Below, piece by piece: positions 63,652-64,000 of a stretch of 64,000 nucleotides of DNA. The notes below the pieces were generated by a model. It did no database searches and was not told the origin of the DNA. It saw only the letters and a list, made by a program, of their open reading frames with translations. Within the stretch, counting starts at the first letter, position 1; the number at the start of each line of letters is the position of its first letter. This stretch comes from Candidatus Bathyarchaeota archaeon (GTDB lineage Archaea; Thermoproteota; Bathyarchaeia; Bathyarchaeales; Bathycorpusculaceae). Both the position numbers and the translations under genes were made by a program. The stretch is from contig CAVYHV010000008.1 of the NCBI GenBank assembly GCA_963768425.1, forward strand, positions 32,001 through 96,000. The letters are read 5' to 3'.

Positions 63652-64000
63652 ATGAAACTTGCAGTCTTTGTTTATGAGTATCCACCAAAAATTGTTGGTG
63701 GATTAGGCACTTACGCGGCTGAAATAACTAAGAAAGTTTGTTTTGGACGATCATGATGTAACTGTTTTCACGATGAACGATGACGCCGGCTCTTTGCCTA
63801 CCCGGGAGATTTGGCGGGGAATCGAGATTCACCGTCCCCTCCACATAGACATTTCTGATTCGCTGCCTGATGTGATTGCGGAGGACATAAAGAAGTGGGG
63901 TAGAGGGCTTCATTTCTTCGGCAAACTCATGGTTTACAATTACTTGTCAGCGGCCAAACTCATCAACGAATTGATCAAGAAAGAAAACATGAAATACGAT
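63652..64000 (+). CDS. GT4 family glycosyltransferase, N-terminal part (indels; truncated by window edge)
   Basis: MKLAVFVYEYPPKIVGGLGTYA, HDVTVFT, GIEIHR. Confidence 0.85.

Overview
Archaeal chromosomal DNA, most consistent with Bathyarchaeia/TACK (inferred from TFE-beta, a non-catalytic proteasome beta subunit, the KEOPS-rps15-DHH-Pcc1 operon, parvulin and frequent TTG starts). 1-29 kb is mostly housekeeping: rtcA, trm5, glmS, fen1, EF-1beta, cdc48, pth2, truD, NMNAT, ogt, psmB, nadC, rlmE, TFE-beta, KEOPS, rps15, DHH nuclease and a ribophorin-I-like membrane protein. About 29-47.6 kb is a dense metal/redox/stress region: CopA plus YHS chaperone, PDO, OsmC, FprA, rubrerythrin, SOD, a tandem Alba-like protein, Zn-type ferredoxin, a lone PriS-like primase, glutaredoxin with an FTR-rubredoxin fusion, Nth, Prx, HtrA, Cys-rich regulators, a ferritin-like protein, DUF2795 and three GsiB/KGG hydrophilins. 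About 47.8-62 kb is accessory DNA ending at tRNA-Arg(CCG). The most unusual signal is there: three co-oriented ~42-bp units, each a tRNA 3'-end fragment (CCA-bearing in two) fused to a 28-bp palindrome (GGATKCGYTTAA-N4-TTAAGCRRATCC). They delimit cargo segments (ppdK; SRPBCC plus decayed genes), and no recombinase gene is in the window. More than 20 genes, including essential ones, carry 1-bp indels. These are most likely long-read assembly errors, so those genes are reported as single CDS with approximate ends. All calls come from motif recognition; no database searches were run.
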